A DNA stretch of 64,000 bases, from positions 3,908,001 through 3,972,000 of the forward strand of contig CM052817.1 of assembly GCA_028534125.1 (NCBI GenBank). Direction: 5' to 3'. Below, piece by piece: positions 1 through 11,310 of this stretch; within the stretch, counting starts at the first letter, position 1, and every line of letters begins with the position of its first letter. The stretch is from Lama glama (lineage: Eukaryota). The position numbers and the translations under genes were made by a program. A model generated the notes under the pieces. It saw nothing but the letters and a program-made list of their open reading frames with translations, had not been told where the DNA came from and did no database searches.

Positions 1-434
1 GGGCCTTCTTAATTCTCCAGCTGGTAAGAGGTGGGAGAGGAGGGAGCCAGGAGGTCTGAAGGTGGTCTGGTAGTGCCAAAGAGAGCTAGGGTGTGCCTGG
101 CTCCCCCAACCCGCATTCTAGAACAGAAAAATGACTTCCATCTAATGTGCCTGTACTTTGCAAGTCTGCTTCAAGTCCACGTTCCAGACAAGGCCCCGCA
201 CTCACCTCTATGTCAAAACCTCTGGGACACCACTGATTGACTAAGAGAATTTCAGAGCCCAAGTTCCCTTAGAGATAAGGGACACATATAAGCAAATTAT
301 CTTCTAAACCAGGACTGTTTTTTTAAATGTCCTGCCAGTAAACTGTTTATGATTAGCTTTAAAAACTGTTAAGCTGAATTTCACTCTTCCACTGGTTATT
401 ATACTTTTAATTTTCTCAACCCGATTTACTTTCT

Positions 435-486
435 CATATATATATATATATACATATACGTATTTATATATATAAATATATATATA
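435..486. repeat. (TA)n-rich microsatellite
   Basis: catatatatatatatatacatatacgtatttatatatataaatatatatata. Confidence 0.85.
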
Positions 487-1378
487 GCAACATTATCTAT
501 TTCTAGTTAGGAAAGTTTTACTTTATAGCCCACTTGTTAACTTATGTGTTCTGGAATTTGGGGTTTCTATTATGCAGATATTAAATTTCAGCTTTAAAGT
601 TATTCAAGTTTTTCGTAATTTGTCTTAATTACTGACTTTTAATATTCACCACAAGTTTAAAAACCACTTTAGTAATATACATGTTATGTAAACAATCTAT
701 TTTCATATTCAGTGAGTATGTCATAGGCATATAAATCCTTAGAGCACTGCCCAGCAGTCGCCAGATACTAAATGTAGGTTACTCATTCTTCCCATTTCTA
801 AATTCAGGAGTTCTTCAATTTGTCAGTGAGCTGCCTGAATTAAAAAATGCAACTGTGTTACACAGAAGGTCCACGAAAACTAAGGTTGAGATTACAAGAT
901 CAGACTCTTCGTAATACGGAGCTAAGTGAGAATACACCTACTCAATCAACCCCAACGACCTGTCACAAATGGCACAAAAGCAGCCTGAGCTGTATGCTTG
1001 TCTGCGTTCTGCTGCCTGCAAGGACCACCTTATAAAACAGAGGAAAACCAAAATCAAAGCCTGTTGTACCTGCAGGGGATCCTTAGAAGTCCACGTGGTC
1101 AGGTTGTGAAAGAACAAAATCCTAGCACCCGCAGTTCACACAAATGATTTAAGAATTCTTTCCCCTCAGAATGAACAGTTAAACCATTGTCATTAATAAT
1201 TCTGTGAAACAGTAGCTAACATTTGGGGTGCTCCTCTCAAAGCTTCTTAGACCCTAGCCCCAAGCCACTTTTCTTTTACCCACTCCTAAAATCATATGCA
1301 CAACACGTCAACTTTCAAACAAGAAGGGAAATATGTAAAGTCCCTTTCAGATGGAAAGCGTTTTCAGTAAAACTTAAA

Positions 1379-1384
1379 TTTATT
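1379..1384 (-). terminator. Probable polyadenylation signal (AATAAA) of BLOC1S4
   Basis: TTTATT on + strand ~640 nt downstream of the stop, at the end of an AT-rich 3'UTR. Confidence 0.6.
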
Positions 1385-2018
1385 ACTATTTAAATGATAA
1401 ACCAAACGTTGGCAATTACGTATAGATCTTTTTGCTGTGGACAAATTAAGATTGTGAGGTTGTACCTTCAGAATCAGCCTCAGAATTAGTTGCAGTAAGT
1501 CAATACTTTCTCAGAAACTGTATAATTTCCTTCGGCTTACAACCATTATATGGAAAGCTAAGTATAATGTTTAATAATTTACCTTCTACCCTAAAAGTAA
1601 GCTATAGAAAACGGAATCACTGTTAGGATAGAAATAACAAGGCTTTAAAGGTTCAGTAGTTTTTCTTAAGAGTATACAAATATACAAATCTTGAAAAAGT
1701 AACAGTTAGTTGACCTGTAAAATCCATAAAAATAACATTTCTGGCACAGTGAACTAAGTTCATTCATTTTACTTCCCGGATTCCCTTCCCCCCACCCCGC
1801 TCCGCACCAGTTTTCAAGTTTGAACTGGAAGACGTAGAAAATCATACATCCTACGTGAAACAATGAAGACAGCGGGAAATTGTGCAACAAAAAAACCCTT
1901 TAAAATTCCATACACCAATGTCATGTATGTCTAGTAACAGGACTTCCAACTGATTTAATTAATACTCGAGATAATTTGAGACCGCGTCCTCCTGCAGCAC
2001 TGCCCGGCGGACTCAGAT

Positions 2019-2666
2019 TTAAGGTCTTTCGCCGCAACAGGGAAAGTGGTCTTCGGTCCGAAACAGGACGGGGGGTTCGTAGCCAGTCGGCTGGGACCTG
2101 CTGGAAGGCGCCTTGTTGAAGAAGGAGGGCACGTTAATGGTGTGCAGAAGTTTCCTGAATGTGCTGGGAAAAGTCCCCAGCTCGGCCTCCGCCCTGGCGA
2201 CCTGCTCCTCCAACCTGGCCACGCTGGAGCCGATCATCCCGACGAAGGCCTCGAGCCGGTCGATCTTGCTGTAGACCCGCCGCATCTCGGCGGCCTTCGC
2301 GTAGATGCGCGGCACGCCCTCGCTGACGACGTGGGAGGAGTCGCCGCGCAGCATGTCCAGCATGCCCACAAACTCGTCCACCCTGGTGAGCAGGTCCTCC
2401 AGGCTCGCGTCCAGCGCCTCGACCTCAGGCCGCACCCCCGCGCCGGGCAGCAGGCAGGCGGCGTAGCCCGCGGCGGCGCGGCGCAGCAGCGGCAGGTCCC
2501 GGCCCGGCGCGCCCAGCTCTGCGCTCTCGTCCTCCCACGGCCCCGAGGCGCTGCTGTGGCTCTGGGACACGTTGCCGCTGTCCCCGCTCCAGGCCGCAAC
2601 CTGGGGCTCGGCCTCCTCGGCCGACCCCTCGCGCGGCGGCTCGCAGTCCACCGGCCGATCCTCCAT
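2019..2666 (-). CDS. BLOC1S4: Biogenesis of lysosome-related organelles complex 1 subunit 4 (cappuccino), single coding exon, 215 aa
   Basis: ATG at 2666 in strong context (GCCATGG). Translation MEDRPVD...EEAEPQVAAWSGDSGNVSQSHSSASGPWEDE...EVEALDASLEDLLTRVDEFVGMLDMLRGDSSHVVSEGVPRIYAKAAEMRR...VLFRTEDHFPCCGERP matches mammalian BLOC1S4. Lies in a CpG island next to MRFAP1L1, as in human. The track ORF's GTG start at 2831 is in the promoter. Confidence 0.96.
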   Translation of the reverse strand: MEDRPVDCEPPREGSAEEAEPQVAAWSGDSGNVSQSHSSASGPWEDESAELGAPGRDLPLLRRAAAGYAACLLPGAGVRPEVEALDASLEDLLTRVDEFVGMLDMLRGDSSHVVSEGVPRIYAKAAEMRRVYSKIDRLEAFVGMIGSSVARLEEQVARAEAELGTFPSTFRKLLHTINVPSFFNKAPSSRSQPTGYEPPVLFRTEDHFPCCGERP

Positions 2667-2832
2667 GGCCAGCGACGGCCCGGACTGCCAGCCCCGCTTC
2701 CGGTCTCCGCGCGCACGCGCACGCACAACATGCAGGCCCACTTCCGGCCACCGCGCGAGCACGTACGCGCACGCACGCGCGCTCGCTCGCTTCTGGCCTC
2801 CGCTCGCCCGCGCACGTGCACGCGCGCACACC
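2667..2832 (-). promoter_or_regulatory. BLOC1S4 CpG-island promoter with ETS site and NRF1-like GCGCACGCGC arrays
   Basis: CCGGAAGT on - strand at 2740-2747; repeated GCGCACGCGC/GCGCGCAC units at 2708-2830; sharp drop to AT-rich sequence at ~2840. Confidence 0.75.
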
Positions 2833-3214
2833 TACAGCACTTTTTTTAAAAAAATAATAAGGTGTAACAGGAATACGATAAAGTTCATGTATCTCAAGTG
2901 TACACACTGATTACTTTTTACATATTCATACAACCATGTAGTCTCCATTCAGGTCAAGATGTAGAATATGTCCAGGACCCATGAAGATCTCCCTCCCGCC
3001 CTTAGTTTCTTCTGGCTGTTTATAGTAAATTGAGAGAGAAGAGAGAAAAGCAAGAGGGTGGACTGATAAAGCTTTATATTCTTGATGAGTTTAAAACTTT
3101 TTTTTTTTTTGAAAGTTCTCAGCCTCTTCGGATGATTAAAATAAAGAAACAAAATTAAGAAATGGCTTTATAGTAGGGATCAAATCCTGGACACTGCCAG
3201 AAAAACCAAGGAAT

Positions 3215-3706
3215 TGTGACTGTAAAATATCTCTTAATCAATAGTCAATCAAAGAAAGAAATGGGGAATTTTATTCAAGCCAGCCTGAGGATTATAATCT
3301 AAGAGACAATCTTTCAGAGAGTGCTGAGGGCTGTTCCGCCAGTTGGGGGTCAAAGCACAATTATATGTTCTCCAGACAAAGGGTTACTCAACAAGGAACA
3401 TACTGACAGTTTACATATTCCATAGCTACACCTACAAGGCGAGTAGTGGGTCACCGTGAGCCCTTACAGGCTTGAGAAAGGAATGTTACCTTCTAAGGCG
3501 TTACCTTCCTTGTGCCAGGAGATAACTGCTTTTTTGGGGGGGATGAGGGGTGGCAAGCAGGCACTCCTGAGTCTTCTAAAGGAATCTAGTTAATGTATAA
3601 TGCAGGTGCACCATCCAGTCTAAAGAGGGATAGTGGCCCAAATGGGCAGAGAGAGAATTTTATTTTTAAAAGTAATCCTGTCCTGCCTTAAAATAATTTC
3701 ATATCA
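3215..3706 (-). mobile_element. ERV1-type solo LTR (approximate bounds)
   Basis: TG...CA bounded ~490-bp unit with AATAAA on - strand near its left end (TTTATT ~3270); resembles laurasiatherian ERV1 LTRs; no TSD confirmed. Confidence 0.5.
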
Positions 3707-3879
3707 TCAAACTCCACCTCCTTTAGTGGCCTAATATATTGTTAAATAAGAAAAAGTCAACTTTGTCTAAAATATTTGCTCCCATTTTCCAGTTGCTCCA
3801 TTATTATGTGTTGAATGGAGAAAAACAGAGAGGAAAATGATGTAAAATCTTAAAAAAAAAATCTCAAATATCAAAGATG

Positions 3880-5198
3880 GTGGCTCAAAGTACCACTTAG
3901 TCAGAATAACAGTTCTTTAAAGAGATTGAAGATGTGCCTCACAGAGTCTCTCTAACAATAGGGTCTCTAGGAAGCCTAAGGACCTGTCCCTTGGCATTAT
4001 CAACAGAAGCCCATTGTAGAGATGGGCTTATCCAAAGGGATTTGAAGGTGGGCCTTTTGTCTAATGGAGTGAGCCTGAATGAGATTCACAGGAAAACTAC
4101 AGTTTTTTAAGATCATTATATCAGAAGAAACAATGCACCTTGGACTAGAAGGGACTGAGATGGTACAAAATGAAAGGCCTTTGGACCCTCCAAACTTCTA
4201 AAAGCATGAACAGGATGAGAAAATTACTCATCTGTAAACTCATGCTACATGAAAAAGGAAGTGTGCTTCAAAAGGTGGAGCCAAGAGCCTAGATGATAGA
4301 GCTGAGACACGGAGAATTATTCCTCAACTTTGAGAGTGGGCCGAAAAATTACTATGCACCAGTGACTCACTTGTGCCTCCCATTTCTCCCCATATTTGAA
4401 CAGGAATGCTCGTAACAGTTATCCTAGGCCTGTCCAACAATTGTATATTGGATGTGTGGGGGCAAATAATTTCTTTCTTTAGTTTTAAACTTCTACAGAT
4501 GGCGTAGAACTGTGGTCTAGGGTCTGGACTTAAGAAACCACAGTCATGGAGACTTACCCACATTTGACCTAATTTAGATAACAAAATTCTGGACTTAGAG
4601 CTGATGCTACAATAGGATGCTACTTTTGGGGACCTTGGGTGAGGGTGTGGCTTGCATGTTAGAGGGACATGAATCATTAGTGGCTAGAGAGCAGATTGTG
4701 GTAGCCAGACTTCAAGGTGACCCCCAATGGTCTCCACCTCTTGTTGTTCACACTCCTGTATATTCCTCCCTGTTGAGTGTGTACTAGACATGGTGACTCA
4801 CTCACAGTAAACAGAAAAAGGCGGCAATGGTGGTGTGTGACTTAAGAGGTTAGGTCATAAGAGGACATGTTATTTCTTTCTCTCAAATCATTTGCTCTGG
4901 GGAAAACCAGCTGACTTCTTGTGGACATCTGTGGAGAAAGCTACATAGCAAGGAACTGAGGTCTTTTACCAACAGCTAGCAAAAAACAGCCTCCTTCCAA
5001 TAACTGCATGAGTAAGCCATCTTGGAAGTGAATCCTCCAGCCCCATTCAAGCCCAGAGATGACTGCAGACCCAACTGATACCTTGACTACAGCCCAATTA
5101 AATGTCCTGTGCTGAAACTCTGTGAGATAATAAATACCTGTTATTTCAAGCTGCTAAACTTTGGGGCAATTTGTTATGCAGCAATAGATAATTAATAT
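3880..5198 (+). mobile_element. ERVL-MaLR: MLT1 internal fragment followed by MLT1-type LTR (~4697-5198)
   Basis: LTR begins TGTGGTAGCCAGAC and ends with the MLT1 terminus ...AAGCTGCTAAACTTTGGGGCAATTTGTTATGCAGCAATAGATAA; upstream sequence resembles an MLT-int 3' end. Confidence 0.65.
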
Positions 5199-5224
5199 AG
5201 CATTGAAGGAATATACAATTTATT

Positions 5225-6270
5225 TATTTTATTTATTTATTCTCTTGCTGATGAATATTTATGTTGTTTTAGCTTTAGGGCTATTACAATGAAGCTGCTA
5301 TGAATATTCTTCTGTGTATCTTTTTGTGGAAAAATGTACTGTCTCTTTACTGTAAACCAAAGCATCAAATTGGTTAGGTCATAGGGTTGGTTCATGTTTA
5401 GTCTTAAGAGATAGTGCCAAATAGTTTTCCAAAGTTGTGCCAATTTACATTCCTATTGTTACGGACTGAATGTATATGTCTCCCCCCACCACCCCAAATT
5501 CACTCGTTGAAGCCCTAACAGCCAGTGTGACTGTATTTGGAGCAAGGAAGTAATTAAGGTTAAGTGAGGTCATAAGAGTGGAGTGCTGATCTGATAGGAT
5601 TAGTGTCCCTGTAAGAAGAGACACCAGAGCTCATTGCTCTCTCCCTCCCCACCCCGCCCCCACCTGTATGCACACAAAAAGGTCATGTGAGGACTGCGGC
5701 AAGAATGTGGCCATCTGTACACCAGGAAGAGATCTCATCAGAAACTGAATATACTGGCACCTTGATCATAAACTTCTAGCCTCCAAATTGTGATGGGGAA
5801 AAAGTCTGTTGTTTATGCCACCCAGCCTGCAGTATTTTGTAGTGGCAGTCCGAGCAGACTAAGACACCCATTAAGAATTTATGAGAGTCCCAGGTGTTCC
5901 ACGTCTTCCCCAATACTTGGTAGTGTCAATATTTTACATTTTAGCCATTCTAGGGGGTGTATAGTGCTATCTCATTGTGGTTTTAATTTTCATTTCCCTA
6001 TTGAATCATGCAGTCGAGCACCTTTTTTAATACTTACTGGCCATTTGTATATTTCCTTTTGTGAAGTGCCAGCTCAAGTCTTTCTCCCTTTTTTAAATTG
6101 AATTTTTCTCATTGATCTGTAGAAATTCTTAGTACAGTTTGAATGTAAGTCCTTTTTCAGTTATATGTATTGAAAATACCTTCTCCCACTCTGTGGTGTG
6201 CCCTTTCACTCTCTTAATGGTGTCTTTTGATGAACAAAAGTTCATGATTTTTATAAAGTCCGATTTATCA
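5225..6270 (-). mobile_element. Old L1M fragment, interrupted by an MLT1 LTR
   Basis: L1 ORF2/3'UTR antisense motifs (GCTATTACAATGAAGCTGCTATGAATATT; CATTGTGGTTTTAATTTTCATTTCCC). Confidence 0.75.
5457..5866 (+). mobile_element. MLT1A/B-like solo LTR
   Basis: TGTTACGGACTGAATG...AGCAGACTAAGACA termini; 5-bp TSD CCTAT/CCCAT. Confidence 0.8.
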
Positions 6271-6651
6271 AATGAGGACAGTTTTGGGAGTGAAAGGGGG
6301 CACTACTAATAATCACATCTAGACAGGAGGTGTGAAATCTTGGGGAAACCATGTCATATGATTATTAGGGGCCATATGGATCTCATGTTATGATCATTAA
6401 GGATCATACATTTAATGCCCACCCTAGGGACAGGTGGAAATTGAGACACAGAGAGATGTGTTCAGGTTAATCAACTTGTCCAAGGTTGTTGAGTAAGTAA
6501 TGGGAGGAACAAGGACCTAGTTCTGGACTTGTCTAACTCCAGAACGTTTGGCATCAAGTATCCCCACATACTGTCCTGTACTAATTGTAATACTTCCACC
6601 ACTGACATCTACTGCATTGATATTTGCAAAACACTGTCAATCACATCATCT

Positions 6652-7280
6652 TGTTAAAGCAGGCAGATAGCTAGATATGAGCAGAGAAAGGGGGACCCAG
6701 ACCAAATGGCAGCAACTGGACAAAAAGGAGGGTCACAGGCCAAATGAGGAATCTCTACATTATGTAAGCACCAGGGGTCTCTGGGAAGAGAAGGGAAAGC
6801 AGGAACCTCTGGGCTGATAAGTAGTCACACATTTTGGGGTAACAAGTGGCCTGGGGGCCAACAAAGAAAAGTGGGAAATGGTAGGAATCTCCAGTGTCTG
6901 AATATAACCTTTTGCTCATTATGTCTTCATTTCAATAAAATTAGCCTTGCAGATTAGATGTACCCATCATAAACTGGCACCATGACACTTCTGATCCAGA
7001 CTAAATAAGGACAAAAATCCCTCCCTCCCTTGGAATGAAAATCAGGGAATACGACTGCAAACCCTTCCCTCCCCAGTGAATATTTCACTCATTCATTGCT
7101 ACGCTCTATATAACCAACTTGCCAAGGAAACTCAGGGCAGAAGCTCACCTGAGCCTGCCCACTCTCCCCTTGAGAGTGTACTGTCTACCCCTTAATAAAT
7201 CCTCACTTAACTTTCTTAACCTCTGCGACTTGTCTCTAAACTCTTTTTGCAATGGGGCAAGAACCTAGTTATCAGCAACA
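6652..7280 (+). mobile_element. ERV1-type solo LTR
   Basis: TGTT...AACA termini; perfect 4-bp TSD ATCT; TATA-like CTATATAA (~7106) and AATAAA (~7194). Confidence 0.8.
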
Positions 7281-7300
7281 ATCTTACTTACATCTCTTAC

Positions 7301-7746
7301 TGTTACAGCAAAGTGTGTTACAGCTCAGTGTTACAGCAACCTGGATCCTGGTGAGAAACCAAGCAGCACTCAGAGGGTTGGAGAACTCAGGTTTATTACA
7401 TCAGCAGGCCCAAAGGAGTTAACACTCCAAGCTCTGGACCCTGTCTGTAGGTTTATGTAGGCTTTTATAGGCTACCAGTCTAGATTTTGCAAAATTTTGC
7501 AACATCATATGCAAATAAGGTATTAGAAATGGACCAATCAGGAGTGATAGAAATGGACCAATCAGGAGTGAGCTTTGGGGGCCAATAGAATCTTAGGGGT
7601 AAATTCCGCTTTCCTAGAAGCAAGCCATTTTACAGAAGCAAAAAGCCAGATAATACCACAGAGCCAGGGAACTGGATGGCGCTAGTGGGAAAGTAGTGGC
7701 CCTGCCTGGGGGTCCTGCTGGTCTTTTCATGGGGCTTCCCACCTCA
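7301..7746 (-). mobile_element. ERV1-type solo LTR with CCAAT boxes (same family as 17590-18168)
   Basis: Reverse complement begins TGAGGTGGG and ends GTAACA; aligns with 17590-18168; TSD TTAC/TTCC; repeated GACCAATCAGGAGTG. Confidence 0.8.
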
Positions 7747-8511
7747 TTCCCAATGACAAATGTTCTCTCTTGGACCACTGGTCTTTATTTATCATACAGG
7801 AAAACTGAAGCTCTGATCTGTGGCACTTGTGTGAGCAGGATTCCCTGCATACTAATGTTAGCATGGCACTGGGTGAACAAGCCTACAAACAGACTCCATT
7901 CAGTCCACAATGCACGCTACTGGTGCGCAAACATTTTTGTTCAATGAGTATTAAAGCAACATTTACTGCTCCTGCTATTTTTCAGGCCTGGGTAACAGTG
8001 ACCAAGACCAGAAGTGACCAAGACCAGAACCTGCCTGTAAGGAGCCTGCAGTCTGGTAGCAGTGCTTCTATTTCAGGGAAGAAGGTCTCCCTAAAACATT
8101 CCCTGAGGTCCTACTTGCAGCCAGGCTGCCGAGAGGGGCTGAGGACAGAGCCAAATCAGAGGGAAACTCGGGTTGTTTACAGTCTGATGAAGAGAGTTCA
8201 AGAACCTACTGACCAGACAACCCAAGGCAGCGAGTGAGAAGTCCCCCAGACCCTAAGTCCGAGAGCCAGGGGTGGGGCGTTGGGAGGAAAGGGCCTTGTC
8301 ATCATCTGCAGCTTTTGACTTAAGGGCCCTGTCCCAGAAGAGGGAGCACGTGCCGCAGTTACGGGCAGGGACTGTGGACCCAAGGAGCTCTGAGTTCAAA
8401 CTGTGACCGTGAGCACGACTTCTGGACAGTTCTTCGCCTATCTCATAGGTGTGCTGTGAGGGCTAAATGAGTTCACACAAGCACTTGGAGCAGTGGGTGC
8501 TTGGGTAGTAA

Positions 8512-9354
<843 letters not shown>

Positions 9355-9917
9355 GCAGGGTGGGCGGTAAGGCGTCCTGGAGGCGGGACTGGCGGGAACC
9401 CGGCCGAGGTCTTAGTGACCGCCACAGGCGCGGTTAAACAGCTTCCTGTGTGATAGTAGTATCCTAGGAGGGAAGCCCTAATCTTATTGCATCAAAACTT
9501 GGGCAGTGGGAGCAAAATTGGGTTCAAGAAGAAAAGGAAGGCATGATAGCTTGGATGGGTGTTAGTAGATACTGTTCTTAGTAGCCCCTCACAACCCCTC
9601 TGGTAATTAGAGAAAAATTAAAATAACTTCAGGTTTGTTTTTTGAAACATAAAAGTCTATTCTAACGGGACAGACGCTGGAGAGAGACCTGCCTACCCCT
9701 GCGGAGGATGGGAGAAATCTAAAAAAACGTAAGCCATAGGGCAAATGGGGGGAGGGTGAGAACACAGGGAAAGAAATAGAAAAGCGTAAAGCTGTAGGCC
9801 ATCACTAGGAATTTCCAATTTTTCTTCGAGGGCAGATGTGTCAGAGAACCTGTCTGAAAGAAGTGGCATTCTTGTGGGTGGTTTTTGTTTTTTTTTGGCT
9901 TGGTAAATTTCTTCCAG

Positions 9918-10155
9918 TTGTGCTGTACGTTCCCAGCTGATGGACTCTGGTCAGGATGGGCTGCCACCTCGAGGAAACTGAAACAACTTGTCATTTTCTT
10001 GATTTCATTTTTGTATGTTTTTGACCCCTGTGTAACAGCCTCCCTTAGGGTCAGTGGTGATTATTCCCTGGAAATGCACCCACTCAACCCTCCATCCTTA
10101 GTGTGCCACTCGCTTTGCGGATGTTACTTTATTAAAATTCTTCGCTTTACATTTA
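9918..10155 (+). other. Probable non-coding terminal exon of MRFAP1L1 (3'UTR intron from donor GTAAGG at 9367)
   Basis: 9929-9985 (GTTCCCAGCTGATGGACTCTGGTCA...GAAACTGAAAC) is homologous to the start of the MRFAP1 3' exon; candidate acceptors at 9916-17 and 9935-36; ATTAAA at 10131-10136. Confidence 0.5.
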
Positions 10156-10898
10156 CTGAACACTCATCTCCTGCCGTCACCAAGCAAGCTGCTTTACATA
10201 AGCCTCTAATCCTCACGACCACCAGGCAAGGAAAATGCATCACCCCAGGTTAAGGATGAGGAAAAGGAGGCCCAGAAGGCCAAAGGGGCCTGCCTGAGAT
10301 GCACGGAGAGGGATTGAGACCTGGCCTGAGGGGACAGAGTTCCTGCTCTCCCCATTGCTCAGGCACCCAGCTCAGCCCCCCAAAGCCCTGGGTCTTCTTT
10401 GGCCCCAGTGGGGCCTGGGAGAGCCTGCTCACGTGACAGTCAGTGGGTGAGCACTGTCCTCACTGGGGGACTGAGCACTGCCACAGTTCATATCCGAAAA
10501 GCAGCAAAAGGGGGTGCCGACAACCCAGCCCTGGAACTGACAAATTCACTACTAGACAAACAATGGTGTGTAAGCAAGGCTCCTGAAGTCTGTAGCTGGA
10601 CAGCGACCAGCACTGCTGAAGCTCTGACGGTGCCAGGCGCTGGGCTGGGCATCGGGGAGATGGCCATGAGGCTGTGGGCACCGCTGAGCCTCCTGTGTCT
10701 CCAGCTCCACGGCTTCAGCACCAGCAGGAGGCCCGGCTTGCTGAAGGGCCTGCGCCCTCTACTTTTAGGTGATTCTGATGCCACCCAAGTTTGAGAGTCC
10801 CTGGCTCATCTATTGGTTCTCAAAATGTGTTCTTCGGACTCCTGCATGGGATGGGGTGGGGTGGTCACTGAGCACCGGAGTTTGACAATACATGCTAT

Positions 10899-11310
10899 TG
10901 TGAATGAAAAATATTGCCAGCCATATCAGTAAACAAAGAATGCTGTGGCCATCAACTCATCAGCCACTACTGCCACCCCCGACTGTGAACGGAGGGAACT
11001 GAGGACGCGGACAAGCAGGCAGCCTGGCTTCTACAGCCACCCGCGACGGTGCCCCCTGTGGGAACTCAGGATGGGAAAGAACGGGAGGCTGGCCCTGGAT
11101 AGGCAGGTGCACGTCAAAGGAATGATTTCAGTGAGCCCAGCCCTTTGCACCTTCCCATACATAGAAAAGCACTAAATTCTTTGACTTGAGATGTCTGGTT
11201 TTCCTTAATCAACAGTAATTTTTTGATGTTTCGACTACCCAGTCTTTGTTGTAAAAACTCTTATGTATCTTGGCTCCTCCCCTACCTCTTTGCAGCAGTC
11301 TCTTAGAGTG
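10899..11310 (+). mobile_element. ERV1-type LTR, 3'-truncated (related to 18550-19479)
   Basis: Shares ACATAGAAAAGCACTAAA...ACTTGAGATGT and TGGCTCCTCCC blocks with 18550-19479. Confidence 0.7.

Noticed and set aside
2046..2849. 267-aa antisense ORF and other overlapping ORFs over BLOC1S4
   Set aside because: Expected stop-codon scarcity in a GC-rich CpG island; no recognisable homology.
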